Assembly (NCBI GenBank): GCA_043747615.1
Contig: JAYTOU010000033.1
Location: 1-64,000, forward strand
Source: Myxococcales bacterium
GTDB lineage: Bacteria > Myxococcota_A > Polyangia > Polyangiales > Polyangiaceae
Reading direction: 5' to 3'
DNA: 64,000 bases
Part shown: positions 9,180-18,947 of the stretch, piece by piece
Position numbering within the stretch: the first letter of the stretch is position 1
Layout of the letters: each line of letters begins with the position of its first letter
Notes under the pieces: model-generated
The model's input: only the letters and a program-made list of their open reading frames with translations
Database searches by the model: none
Told to the model about the DNA's origin: nothing
Made by a program: the position numbers and the translations under genes

Positions 9180-9908
9180 CTAGGCGCCATCGTCAAGAGC
9201 GCGGAAGGAGAGAGCAAGAATCGGGGCGCCGTCGGAGGTCTCTAGGCACACGTCGAACGCGAGTTGTCGTGCGGTATGGCGAAAGAATAAGTGACAGTCG
9301 CCGAGACCTTCCACCTGGTCCCGCAGCTCGAACCCCTGGGTCGCGGCCCACGTCACGTACAGGTCCGTGGCCTCTGGCGACGTACACCCCGGAACTACGA
9401 AGTGATGGACGTCCGACAAGCCATAGGATGTCTGATCATCGTGCGCGTCCGGCTGCGCGCCGGGTGGCAAGGGGACGGAGAACCCGAACGCTTCGAGACG
9501 ACCGCCCTTGCACGCCGTCCGCGGAAGGGCGCTGCGGACGAGGACGACGAGTTTTACGCCGGTAGGTATCCCCATCCAGCGGCCGCCTCCGGATACCCAC
9601 ACATGCCCCCCGCCTCCCTCAAGGACATAGGAACGCATGAGCGGTCCCGTCCCGCCCGGAAAGGGGCCTTCGCTCGCCAGCCTCAGACCCGCCGCCTCTG
9701 CCCAACGGTCGTAGAACCGTGCGAGTTGCACCCCATCCTCGCAGGCGGGGCTCCTGAACGTCTTCTCCCACCTGCCGGCTTCGCCCGACGACGTCTCGTC
9801 GCTCCGGGAGGGCGGAAGGGGGATGTCGAGACCGCCAACCGCCCAGACCTCGGTCCAGCGATTCGTTTCAGACACGCGCCCACCCGCTTCGTCGTCCGGG
9901 GTCGTCAT
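9180..9908 (-). CDS. Hypothetical protein with an apparent internal two-domain repeat
   Basis: Two similar halves: GLDIPLPP..FYDRWAEAAGLRL and GFSVPLPP..LYVTWAATQGFEL. Confidence 0.55.
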   Translation of the reverse strand: MTTPDDEAGGRVSETNRWTEVWAVGGLDIPLPPSRSDETSSGEAGRWEKTFRSPACEDGVQLARFYDRWAEAAGLRLASEGPFPGGTGPLMRSYVLEGGGGHVWVSGGGRWMGIPTGVKLVVLVRSALPRTACKGGRLEAFGFSVPLPPGAQPDAHDDQTSYGLSDVHHFVVPGCTSPEATDLYVTWAATQGFELRDQVEGLGDCHLFFRHTARQLAFDVCLETSDGAPILALSFRALDDGA

Positions 9909-10116
9909 CGTCGTTCACGGCGCTTATAGCGCTAGGAGCGCCACGAAACTAGGTGAGGCCGTCCAGGACGACAGGGCTCGGAGCACGCCGCGGTACATCT
10001 CAGAGAGAGGTCGGCGCCGCGAGCACGCCGTGAAACCGCACGGGTAGGTAGGACGGCCGGAGGACCCGCCGCGAGATTCACGGCGCCTCCGGTCCGCCGC
10101 ACTCAGGGCGGGGTAC

Positions 10117-13100
10117 TCAATGGAAATCGCGGCTCATCCCCGGCAAATTCGCCTCCGTCACCTGCAACGCCTCCAGCCGCTCCACGATGACGTAGACCAC
10201 CTCGCCTTCCTTCTCGACTTTGCCGTGGGCGAGAAGGAGCGCGCTGGTCGTCGCCACGTGGCGCAATTTTTCGAAGACGTGCGCGTAGAGGATCAGGTTC
10301 AAGAACCCGAGCTCGTCTTCCATGGTCACGAAGACGACCCCGCTCGCCGTGGCCGGGCGCTGACGACAGATCACCAAGCCCGCCACGCTGATCGGCGCGC
10401 CGTGCGGCGCATCGGAGAGCCCGCGCGAGCTCTTCACGCGGCTCGGAAGACGGGGGCGAAGGAGCTTCATCGGGTGATCGTTGACCGACAGCCCCGTTCG
10501 CTCGTAGTCGAGGGAGAGCTGCTCGGCCCGCGTAAGGGCGGGCATCTGGGGGAGCGCGTCGCCGAGATCGAGGCCGGTGAAGAGACCTTCGCCGCGTGGT
10601 GCGCGCACCTTCCAGATCGCTTCTTTTCGGCCGGAAACGAGCGGTTCGAGCGCGCCCGATTCGGCCAAGTGCTCGAGCTCGACGCGGGAGAGAGAGGCGC
10701 GCGCCGAGAGATCTTCGATGGTCCGAAAGTCCCCTTCGAGGCGGGAGGCTTCGATGCGGCGCGCGCTCTCTTCCCCGAGCCCCTTCACTTGCCGGAGCCC
10801 AATACGCAGCGCCGGTGGAGCGGTTCCAGAACCTTCCAGCGTGCAGTCCCAGTTGCTCTTGTGAATGCAGATGGCACGTAATTCCACGCCGTGCTTTTGC
10901 GCGTCTTGAAGAAGGGTGCTCGGCGAATAGAATCCCATGGGCTGACTGTTCACGAGCGAGGCCGCGAAGGCCGCGGGGTGATGCACCTTGAGCCACGCGC
11001 TCGCGTAGACGAGGAGCGCGAAGCTCGCCGCGTGGCTCTCCGGAAATCCGTACTCGGCGAACCCCTGGATTTGCGCGTAGAGACGCGCCGCGAAATCGGG
11101 CGAAATTCCCCGGGCGGCGAAGCCTTCGAGGAGACGCGCGTGGTGCCGCTCCAGCCTTCCATTTTTCTTCCAAGCCGCCATGTCGCGGCGAAGTTGATCT
11201 GCCTCGCCACCGGTATAACCCGCGCCGACGATCGCGATCTGCATCACCTGCTCCTGAAAGAGCGGAACGCCGAGAGTGCGATCCAAAATCGCGGAAAGCG
11301 ATGGGTGCGGCGAGACGGGAGACTCCTGACCGTTTCGGCGACGAAGGTAAGGATGAATCATTCCTCCCTGGATCGGACCGGGGCGCACGATGGCCACCTC
11401 CACCACCAGATCGTAAAAGACGCGCGGCTTGAGGCGCGGGAGCATGGACATCTGGGCGCGGCTCTCGATCTGAAAAACTCCGACCGTGTCCGCGTGGCAG
11501 AGCGCTTCGTAAACTTCGGGGTCTTCGGCGGGGATCTTGGCCAGGCGATCGATCGCCGTCGCCGCCTGAATCCGGGGATCGCCCTGGGTCATGTCGAGGG
11601 CGCGGCGAATGGCGCTCAAGATCCCGAGGCCGAGCACGTCTACTTTGAAAAACCCGAGGGTCTCGATGTCGTCCTTGTCCCAAGGGATGACGGTGCGATC
11701 TTTCATCGTCGCGGGCTCGATGGGCGCGACGTTCACCAGCGGCTCGGAGCTGAGAACGAAGCCCCCCACGTGGATCGAGAGGTGACGCGGGAAGCCCTGA
11801 ATAGCCTGGGAAAACGCGAGCACCTCACGGAGGCGGGTGTCCTTCGGATCGAAGCCTGCATTCTGCAACCGTTTGTCTTCGATGCCCTTGACCGTGTCCC
11901 ACCAGGAGACGATGGCGCTCAGGCGCTCCACCTGCTCGAGGGAGAGCCCGAACACTTTTCCCACCTCGCGGAGTGCCGATTTTCCGCGGTAGCAGATGAC
12001 CTCGCTCACCATCGCCGCGCGATCGCGTCCGTACTTTTGGTAGAGCTCTTGGATGACCTCTTCGCGGCGCTCATGCTCGAAGTCGATGTCGATGTCCGGC
12101 GGCTCGCGGCGCTCCGCCGATAAAAATCGTTCGAAGAGGAGGTTCGAACGCGCCGGATCGACCGCGGTGACCCCCAGGCAGTAGCAGACCGCGCTGTTCG
12201 CGGCGCTCCCTCGGCCCTGGCAGAGGATGTCTCTGCGGCGTGCAATGTCGATGATGATCCGAACGCTCAAGAAATACGGGGCGACCTCGAGCTTGGTGAT
12301 GAGGTCGAGCTCCTTCTCGATCTGGATCGTCACTTTTGCAGGTATATTTCCCTGGTAACGGAGCTCGGCCCCGCCGTAGGTGAGGCGACGGAGCGCTTGA
12401 TCGGGGGTCTCTCCAACGAATGCGGGATCATCGATCTCCGAAGGGAAACGGTACCTGAGCTCCTCGAGAGAAAATCGGCACGCGTCGGCGATGACCCGGG
12501 TGCGCGCGATGGCGCTCGGGTGATCGCGAAAGAGACGCTTCATGTCTTCTTCGCTCTTGAGGTGCGCCTCGGCATTGCATGACAGAGCGCGCCCCGCTTG
12601 ATCGAGGGTGCACTGTTCGCGGATGCAATGAAGGACGTCGTACATGAGCTTGTGCTCACGCTCGGCGTAACGAACGACGTTCGTCGCGCACAAGGAAACG
12701 CCCTCTCGGGTTGCCTCGCGCACGAGAGCCCCTACCCTCCCGCGATCCTCGCCGTCGAGGTGACGATGGATGGCTACGCTCAGGCGCTCTCCGAAGGCCT
12801 CCTTGAGAGGCGCGATGTGCTCGGGGTGGTGTACGAGCGCCCACAGGCCTTCGGCGTTCGCGGCTACGAACTCGAGCGGCACCCCTGCGTAGACGTTTCG
12901 AGCGATACCTTCTTTCTTCTTTCGCGGCCTTCCCTTGGGATGACGCTTGTGGCTTTCCGTGAGGATGCGACAGAGATTCGTGTATCCTGCATGGTTCTCT
13001 ACGTGGAGCGTCATGGTGCAGAATCCGGGCACTTCCAGGGTAATTTCACACCCGAGCACCAGACGGATCCCGGCCCTCTTTGCCTCCTCGTGGGCGCGCA

Positions 13101-13332
13101 CCGCTCCGTAGAGCCCGTCGCGATCGGTGATGGCCACCACGTCGTAACCGAGGAAGACGGCGCGCTGCATGAGCTTTTCGGGCGGCGATGCCCCCTGCAA
13201 GAAGGAGAAATTCGAGCGGACCATGAGCTCCACGTACTCGCGTGTTTTTGTCTCGAGGGGCTGGAGCGGAGGGAGCTCCGCCTCGTCCTCGAGCGGCATG
13301 CGCGAGCTGGGATCGATGCGAACGCGCGACAT
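10117..13332 (-). CDS. dnaE2: Error-prone DNA polymerase (C family)
   Basis: SNFSFLQGAS PHP domain, QGRGSAANS, PPDIDIDFEH, KVDVLGLG, YGFPESHAASF, C-terminal SRDFH motif; downstream of imuA/imuB. Confidence 0.97.
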   Translation of the reverse strand: MSRVRIDPSSRMPLEDEAELPPLQPLETKTREYVELMVRSNFSFLQGASPPEKLMQRAVFLGYDVVAITDRDGLYGAVRAHEEAKRAGIRLVLGCEITLEVPGFCTMTLHVENHAGYTNLCRILTESHKRHPKGRPRKKKEGIARNVYAGVPLEFVAANAEGLWALVHHPEHIAPLKEAFGERLSVAIHRHLDGEDRGRVGALVREATREGVSLCATNVVRYAEREHKLMYDVLHCIREQCTLDQAGRALSCNAEAHLKSEEDMKRLFRDHPSAIARTRVIADACRFSLEELRYRFPSEIDDPAFVGETPDQALRRLTYGGAELRYQGNIPAKVTIQIEKELDLITKLEVAPYFLSVRIIIDIARRRDILCQGRGSAANSAVCYCLGVTAVDPARSNLLFERFLSAERREPPDIDIDFEHERREEVIQELYQKYGRDRAAMVSEVICYRGKSALREVGKVFGLSLEQVERLSAIVSWWDTVKGIEDKRLQNAGFDPKDTRLREVLAFSQAIQGFPRHLSIHVGGFVLSSEPLVNVAPIEPATMKDRTVIPWDKDDIETLGFFKVDVLGLGILSAIRRALDMTQGDPRIQAATAIDRLAKIPAEDPEVYEALCHADTVGVFQIESRAQMSMLPRLKPRVFYDLVVEVAIVRPGPIQGGMIHPYLRRRNGQESPVSPHPSLSAILDRTLGVPLFQEQVMQIAIVGAGYTGGEADQLRRDMAAWKKNGRLERHHARLLEGFAARGISPDFAARLYAQIQGFAEYGFPESHAASFALLVYASAWLKVHHPAAFAASLVNSQPMGFYSPSTLLQDAQKHGVELRAICIHKSNWDCTLEGSGTAPPALRIGLRQVKGLGEESARRIEASRLEGDFRTIEDLSARASLSRVELEHLAESGALEPLVSGRKEAIWKVRAPRGEGLFTGLDLGDALPQMPALTRAEQLSLDYERTGLSVNDHPMKLLRPRLPSRVKSSRGLSDAPHGAPISVAGLVICRQRPATASGVVFVTMEDELGFLNLILYAHVFEKLRHVATTSALLLAHGKVEKEGEVVYVIVERLEALQVTEANLPGMSRDFH

Positions 13333-13334
13333 CG

Positions 13335-14912
13335 TCAGTCCATCCATCCCTTGATTTTTCGCGACCCCGAGAAGCGATCGACCTCTACCCACGCTGGGCT
13401 TTCGTTCACCACCCCGTCGGGTGCCACGAAGCGCGCCCAGCCTTCGGCCCAGGTGCGCGCCTCCACCCCGCGCTTCCACCACTCGACGGCTTCTCCTCGC
13501 GCAAAGAGGCGAACGAGCTTCCCCTCGTAGGGGACCGACTGAGAGAGAAAGCGAACCGGCTCCGGCGCGGAAGAAATGAGCGACACGGTTGCCACGCGGG
13601 CTTTCAGAGACTTTGCGTAGGGCACGAGCCCGCTTCGATCTTCAGGAAGCCACGAGTTGCCTAGTGCAAGTATTCCCACGCGCGCTTCGCCGATCTCTGC
13701 GGAGAGCTCGGCCGACAGACGCGGCAAGATCCTCTCGGCGCGCGCCTCGGGAACGAAGAGATCGAGCGCCTTCCCTTCCCGCCGCACGATCTCGGTGCAC
13801 CGCAGCCTCACCGCCACGATCGGAGCGGTGATCTCGTACGACTCGATGCGTGCGCGAAGGACATTCAAAAATTCTTGAGCACGGTAGAGAGGCGCGGCGA
13901 GCGAGAGCGCGAGGACGGCGTGAGGATCTTTTTTCTCTATTCCCTTGTCGAGCTCGAGACAGAGCTCGATGCGAGATGCGCTCATGCACCTTCCTGCGAG
14001 TCGTGCCGCCATGCGATCGGAGAGCGTCTTGGCCACGAAAAGAAGGGCTTCGGCGCTCTCGATGCCGTACTCGAGCTCGGCGCGCTCTTCGGGAACGCGC
14101 GGGGGAACGTAGGCCTCGAGAGGCGTACCATCTTCGCCTTCGAGGAGCGGCATCACGAGCTCCGCTTCTTTTCCGAGGCGGGTACCAAGCGCGCGCTTGG
14201 GAAGATTTCGCAGATCGAGCACCGTCTTCAACCCGAGCTTGCGAAGCCAATGCACGGCCTCGTCGCTCAATGGAAGCGCGGTGAGCGGGAGCCGGGCCAT
14301 GGCTTCGCGATCTTTTCCTGGAGGGATCACGATGGGATCTTCGAGCTTCTTTCCGCTGCGATCCCAGCGCGCGACGGCCGACGCGATCCGCGGACCTGCG
14401 GCGATGGCCACTCGGCATTTGTATCCGAGCGCACTCACACAGGCTTGCCACCTCGCTGCGATGGTTCGCTCTCCCTCGGGATCCTCTGCGGTGGCATGAA
14501 GATGTGCGCACCCGGTGATGTCGACGAAGACCACGTCTTGTGCGTAATCGGACTCTCCGTCGACGGCGAAAGCGGTCGTCGCGCCGAAGGCCAAGCCCAT
14601 TTCCGAGATGGCACCCAAGGCCTCTTCGACCGCGCGCGCGTGCACCACGCGAACGCACAAATCGGCTGTTTTTGCCCGTGCGGCAGCGATGGTAAAGCCT
14701 GGTCGAACGCCGAGCGCCCACGCTTCGGGAGAGACTTCGTCGATGCGCGTGTTTCCGAGAAGGGAGAGCTCGCTCACGACCGCGCCTCTGCCGACGACGA
14801 CCGCGAGCGGTGACGAGGATGACGACGCCCCGCCTGGTGCCACGAAGCGCGGTAGGTTTTTTTGGGCGAGCTCTACGCGAAGGCGAAAAAATGTAACGGC
14901 GGCGCAGCGCAT
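13335..14912 (-). CDS. imuB: ImuB, Y-family polymerase-like accessory protein
   Basis: DITGCAHLH, LPLTALPL, LGLKTVLDL..L..RLG, clamp-motif-like ALDLF, C-terminal EWW..GWMD; cassette position. Confidence 0.9.
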   Translation of the reverse strand: MRCAAVTFFRLRVELAQKNLPRFVAPGGASSSSSPLAVVVGRGAVVSELSLLGNTRIDEVSPEAWALGVRPGFTIAAARAKTADLCVRVVHARAVEEALGAISEMGLAFGATTAFAVDGESDYAQDVVFVDITGCAHLHATAEDPEGERTIAARWQACVSALGYKCRVAIAAGPRIASAVARWDRSGKKLEDPIVIPPGKDREAMARLPLTALPLSDEAVHWLRKLGLKTVLDLRNLPKRALGTRLGKEAELVMPLLEGEDGTPLEAYVPPRVPEERAELEYGIESAEALLFVAKTLSDRMAARLAGRCMSASRIELCLELDKGIEKKDPHAVLALSLAAPLYRAQEFLNVLRARIESYEITAPIVAVRLRCTEIVRREGKALDLFVPEARAERILPRLSAELSAEIGEARVGILALGNSWLPEDRSGLVPYAKSLKARVATVSLISSAPEPVRFLSQSVPYEGKLVRLFARGEAVEWWKRGVEARTWAEGWARFVAPDGVVNESPAWVEVDRFSGSRKIKGWMD

Positions 14913-14916
14913 GTTC

Positions 14917-15639
14917 TCAAAGGGATTCGGAGAGCGGGATCCACGTTTTGGCGAGCCCCATTTTTCCGCGACGATCTTTTGCCACGCGAACGGCGAGCGC
15001 ATCGGGCCGGCGCGCAACCTCCAGGCGAAGAGCTACTGGCCACGCCACCGCTCGCGGCGCAGAGGCATCGGTGAGAAGAAAAATGTGAGCCCCTCCTTCC
15101 GCGGCTGCGAGGGCGAGCTTACGCACGAGCACTTCGGGAGGGACGCGCCTTCTCGTCTGGCCACGGCGAGCGGCGGGAATTTTCTCGGAGGCAAGAAGCG
15201 CGGCCCGCACGGGATCCATGTCGATCACGATGACCTCGAACGCGCCCGCTGCAGCCACCTTCACGGCAATGCGACCCAGATCGATCCGCGGGGGACGCAC
15301 CACGAAGAGCCTTCGCAGATCGACCTGAGCGCGTGCAATCCCGGGCGCGTAGAGCGTTCCTTCCGGATCGATCCACGCGCACCACGCCCGTGGATCTTTT
15401 GTTTGCGCCGCGCGCACGGCGGAGAGCGCAATGCGGGTCGAGCCCCCGATGGCATGAGGCGACGCGAGCTCGACGACCGCACCGCGGGGAAATCCCCCTT
15501 CCGGCAAGAGCGCTTCGAGCTCGGGCCACCCGAGCGAAAGCACCTCGTCTTTTTGCCCGCTGCGCTGCCCCGGGAAAATGTTTCCGAGCGACACACGGTT
15601 CCCAAAAGAGGCCAAAAGTTCGAGGGAAAGCGCTGCCAT
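14917..15639 (-). CDS. imuA: ImuA / RecA-like SOS mutagenesis protein
   Basis: LLPEGGFPRGAVVEL, CAWIDPEGTLYAPG, VDLRRLFVVRP, VRKLALAA; first gene of the cassette. Alternative ATG at 15651. Confidence 0.88.
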   Translation of the reverse strand: MAALSLELLASFGNRVSLGNIFPGQRSGQKDEVLSLGWPELEALLPEGGFPRGAVVELASPHAIGGSTRIALSAVRAAQTKDPRAWCAWIDPEGTLYAPGIARAQVDLRRLFVVRPPRIDLGRIAVKVAAAGAFEVIVIDMDPVRAALLASEKIPAARRGQTRRRVPPEVLVRKLALAAAEGGAHIFLLTDASAPRAVAWPVALRLEVARRPDALAVRVAKDRRGKMGLAKTWIPLSESL

Positions 15640-15642
15640 ACT

Positions 15643-15660
15643 ACTGAACATATTATCAGT
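15643..15660. promoter_or_regulatory. LexA (SOS) box-like site upstream of imuA
   Basis: ACTG-AACATATTAT-CAGT (CTG-N10-CAG). Minus strand reads CTGATAATATGTTCAG, containing the GTTCAG half-site described for Myxococcus LexA. Confidence 0.75.
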
Positions 15661-15759
15661 TGTGTGGTTGGCAACCTATTTCGTGAAGTGCGAAAGTCGC
15701 CGCCATCTCTTCCTTTGCCGCAGCGACAAGGACACGTCGGACATGCTAAACGCCGCCCC

Positions 15760-17199
15760 ATGTCATTCGAAAGGCTGCCGCGCCACATCAAGGACGCTTT
15801 CAGCCAACGTGGCTTCACAGAGCTCACCGCCGTTCAACAACGCGTGCTCGATCCCGCGCTTTCCGGGAAGGACTTGCGCATTTCTTCGCAGACCGGATCT
15901 GGAAAAACGGCGGCCGTGGGGATTCTTCTCGCGCCTCTGTTCACCGAGGCGAAGAGCACGGGAAAACCACGAGCGCTGGTGATTTGCCCAACCCGCGAGC
16001 TTGCGCAACAAGTGAGGAGCGAGCTGTCATGGGTGCTCGCCGGCGGGGACGGTACCGAGACCACCCGCATCGGCGTGGTCACCGGTGGAACCAGCATGCG
16101 TGACGAGATGCGCACCATGTCCCGCGGCGCCGATCTCGTCGTGGGCACGCCGGGAAGGCTCCTCGACCATCTCAAGCGCGGCACGGTCGTCGTGGAAGAC
16201 ATCCGTGCGGTCGTCCTCGATGAGGCCGATCAAATGCTCGATCTTGGATTTCGCGAGGACCTCGAGGCCATTCTCGAGAAGCTCCCGAAGGAGCGCCAGA
16301 CGCACATGATGTCGGCGACGTTCTCCAGGCCGGTGCTCGTCCTCGCGAACCGCTACCAGAAAAATGCCGTTCATCTCGAGGCCACGCGCCTCGGTGCCGC
16401 CAACGTCGACATCGCCCACGTGGCGCATCTCGTTCGCGCAGAGCAACGCGACGACGCCCTCGTTAACCTACTTCTCCTCGCGCCAGACGAGCTCACTCTC
16501 GTCTTCGTGAAGACGCGGATCGATGCCACGAAAGTGGCGCACCACCTCGCGAAGTCCGGTTTTTCAGCCGCCGCGCTCCACGGAGACATGGAGCAACGCG
16601 AACGCACGCGCGTGCTCGACGGCTTCCGACAGGGTCAGATCAAGATCCTCGTCGCCACCGACGTTGCAGCGCGCGGGATCGACGTCCTCGACATCACGCG
16701 CGTCATCCAGGCCGATCTCCCGGGCGATCCCGAAGCCCTCACCCACCGCAGCGGACGCACCGGGCGAGCCGGAAAAAAAGGGCTCAACGTGATGCTCGTG
16801 CCGATGAACGCGCGCGAGCAGGCCTTGCGTCTCCTCGGTCGCGCCAAGGCCACCGTGGTGTGGCGACCGCTCCCCACGGCGGACGAGATCCATGCCGCCG
16901 CCGATGCTCGGCTTGAAGCCCAGCTCATTGCACCGCTGGGAGACGAAGCGCCCGATTTTCGCCAGAGGCGCCTCGCCGCGCGGCTCGTCCGCGACGTCGA
17001 TCCCTTCACCCTCGTCGTTCGTCTCCTCCGCTTCGCAGGGCACGACGGACCGTGCGCTCCGAAGGTCCTCACCGTCGTCGAACCACCGAAAATGCCCGCT
17101 GGCGGCTACCCGGTGACCTCGCGCGTCGATCGGGCTCGCCCGCCGTGGAAACGAAAGACCGGACCACACGGCGGACCGCACCGTCCTCCTCAGCGCTGA
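15760..17199 (+). CDS. DEAD-box ATP-dependent RNA helicase
   Basis: Q motif, QTGSGKT, PTRELAQQ, TPGRLLD, DEAD, SAT, ARGID, HRSGRTGRAG. Confidence 0.95.
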   Translation: MSFERLPRHIKDAFSQRGFTELTAVQQRVLDPALSGKDLRISSQTGSGKTAAVGILLAPLFTEAKSTGKPRALVICPTRELAQQVRSELSWVLAGGDGTETTRIGVVTGGTSMRDEMRTMSRGADLVVGTPGRLLDHLKRGTVVVEDIRAVVLDEADQMLDLGFREDLEAILEKLPKERQTHMMSATFSRPVLVLANRYQKNAVHLEATRLGAANVDIAHVAHLVRAEQRDDALVNLLLLAPDELTLVFVKTRIDATKVAHHLAKSGFSAAALHGDMEQRERTRVLDGFRQGQIKILVATDVAARGIDVLDITRVIQADLPGDPEALTHRSGRTGRAGKKGLNVMLVPMNAREQALRLLGRAKATVVWRPLPTADEIHAAADARLEAQLIAPLGDEAPDFRQRRLAARLVRDVDPFTLVVRLLRFAGHDGPCAPKVLTVVEPPKMPAGGYPVTSRVDRARPPWKRKTGPHGGPHRPPQR

Positions 17200-17229
17200 G
17201 CCAACCCGTGTGCTAGATCATCGGCAATC

Positions 17230-18108
17230 ATGACCGCCGATCCTCAGCTCGAACGACTTCGCATGCTCATCAAGGAGATGGGATCGGCGCTTGTCTGCTA
17301 CTCGGGCGGCGTCGACAGCGCGTTCATTTACGCCGTCGCGCACGAGGTCCTCGGTGACCGCGCCGTCGCCATGACCGCCGTTAGCCCGAGCCTCGCGCCC
17401 TTCGAAGAAGAGGCCGCGGTCGCCATCGCCAAACAGATCGGCGGGCGGCACGAGCTCGTTCCCTCGAGCGAGATCGAAGATCCGAGCTACCAAGCGAACG
17501 GCACCGACCGCTGCTTCTTTTGCAAGTCCGAGCTCTACCGCCTCAGCGCGATCAAGAAGACCGAATGGGGCCTGGCCTTCGCCATCAACGGCACGAACCT
17601 CGACGATCTCGGGGACTACCGGCCTGGGCTCGAAGCTGCAAAAAATGCAGCGGTGCGAAGCCCGCTCATCGAAGCCGAGTTTCGCAAAGCAGACGTGCGA
17701 AGGTGCGCCGCCCTCATGGGCCTCAGCGTATGGGACAAGCCGGCCGCCGCGTGTTTGTCGAGCCGCATTCCCTTCGGAACGAGCGTCACCCGCGAGCGTC
17801 TCACGCAGATCGGCGGATTCGAAGCCGAGCTCCACGCTCTCGGACTACGGCAAGTGCGCGTCCGCTGGCACGCCCTCGGTGAGGTCATCGGCAAAGACAG
17901 CACGACGCCGAAAACGAAGTCGGGGGCGATCGCCCGCGTGGAGGTCGCGCCGGGCGAGCTCCTCAGCGCGTTCGAGCACCGCGATGCCATCGTCGAAGCG
18001 GGAAAGCGTTTCGGCTTTCAGTACGTGACGCTCGACCTTCAGGGCTACCGCACGGGCAGCCACAACGAAGTGCTCGTCGTCGGCAAGAGCCTCCGCATCA
18101 TCAGCTGA
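17230..18108 (+). CDS. larE: LarE-family ATP-dependent sulfur transferase (PP-loop)
   Basis: YSGGVDS PP-loop, DRCFFCK, DDLGDYRPG, WDKPAAACLSSRIP, LDLQGYRTGS. Confidence 0.92.
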   Translation: MTADPQLERLRMLIKEMGSALVCYSGGVDSAFIYAVAHEVLGDRAVAMTAVSPSLAPFEEEAAVAIAKQIGGRHELVPSSEIEDPSYQANGTDRCFFCKSELYRLSAIKKTEWGLAFAINGTNLDDLGDYRPGLEAAKNAAVRSPLIEAEFRKADVRRCAALMGLSVWDKPAAACLSSRIPFGTSVTRERLTQIGGFEAELHALGLRQVRVRWHALGEVIGKDSTTPKTKSGAIARVEVAPGELLSAFEHRDAIVEAGKRFGFQYVTLDLQGYRTGSHNEVLVVGKSLRIIS

Positions 18109-18131
18109 CGCCATCAGCTGATACTGGCTGA

Positions 18132-18338
18132 CTACGCCGCGCGGACTCGGCGAACGAGACGTGCGGCGGAGACGAGCTCTTGCTGAACCTCGATCATCTC
18201 CTCGATCGTGAGGTGGCAAGCTCCGCAGTCGCCACCGGCGCCGCACGCTGCGGTGACTTGTTCACGCGTGCACGCTCCGCCCTCGATGGCCTGTTCGACG
18301 TCGCAGTCCGTGACCGCGTGGCAGACGCAAATGAACAT
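18132..18338 (-). CDS. bfd: Bacterioferritin-associated [2Fe-2S] ferredoxin
   Basis: CVCHAVTD..GGDCGAC, adjacent to bfr. Confidence 0.92.
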   Translation of the reverse strand: MFICVCHAVTDCDVEQAIEGGACTREQVTAACGAGGDCGACHLTIEEMIEVQQELVSAARLVRRVRAA

Positions 18339-18344
18339 GGGGTA

Positions 18345-18372
18345 AAGATAATGAAAACCGTTTTCATTTCAA
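18345..18372 (-). promoter_or_regulatory. Fur-box-like palindrome overlapping a sigma70-like promoter for bfd
   Basis: Perfect 9-1-9 palindrome AATGAAAAC-C-GTTTTCATT (18350-18368). Minus strand reads TTGAAA-16nt-TATCTT-6nt-ATG. Confidence 0.75.
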
Positions 18373-18405
18373 GATGCGGCTGACAAAAATCGTAAACATC
18401 TTGAA

Positions 18406-18876
18406 TCAATCACGAATCTGCTGTGCAAGGTAGTGGGCGTCTCCCACTTGACGAATGAGCTCAAGCTGCGCTTCGAGCCAATCCACATGCTCCTCTTCGG
18501 AGACGAGGATCTTCGTGAGCAAGTCCTCGGTGCCGTTGTCGCCGAGTTCGCGGCAGGTCTGGATCGACGTGTTGAGAAGCGGGATGGCGAGGAGCTCGGC
18601 TGCGAGATCGTTCTTCAGGATCTCCGGCACGGTGGTCCCGATGCTCAGCTTTCCGAGGCGCTGCAAATTCGGAAGTCCGTCCAAGAAAAGAACGCGCTCG
18701 ATGAGCTGGTCGGCGTGCTTCATCTCGTCGATGGACTCCTTGCGAATCTTCTCGCCGAGCCGCGCGTAACCCCAGTTCTGGCACATGCGAGAGTGCAAGA
18801 AGTACTGATTGATGGTGGTGAGCTCGCCAGTGAGAATCTCGTTCAAGAGATCGATGATCTTCGGATTGCTTTTCAC
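18406..18876 (-). CDS. bfr: Bacterioferritin
   Basis: ELTTINQYFLH, ESIDEMKHAD (heme Met), EEEHVDWLE; GTG start at 18876. Confidence 0.97.
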   Translation of the reverse strand: MKSNPKIIDLLNEILTGELTTINQYFLHSRMCQNWGYARLGEKIRKESIDEMKHADQLIERVLFLDGLPNLQRLGKLSIGTTVPEILKNDLAAELLAIPLLNTSIQTCRELGDNGTEDLLTKILVSEEEHVDWLEAQLELIRQVGDAHYLAQQIRD

Positions 18877-18947
18877 CGGGCGAGAAGAACACCGAAGCGA
18901 GTTGCCGTCGAGAACACAAGCCTCATAGCTTGCCTCATCGATATGGG

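Noticed and set aside
14608..15759. Apparent N-terminal extension of the DEAD-box helicase (863-aa ORF)
   Set aside because: Antisense to imuA/imuB; helicase motifs begin right after ATG 15760.
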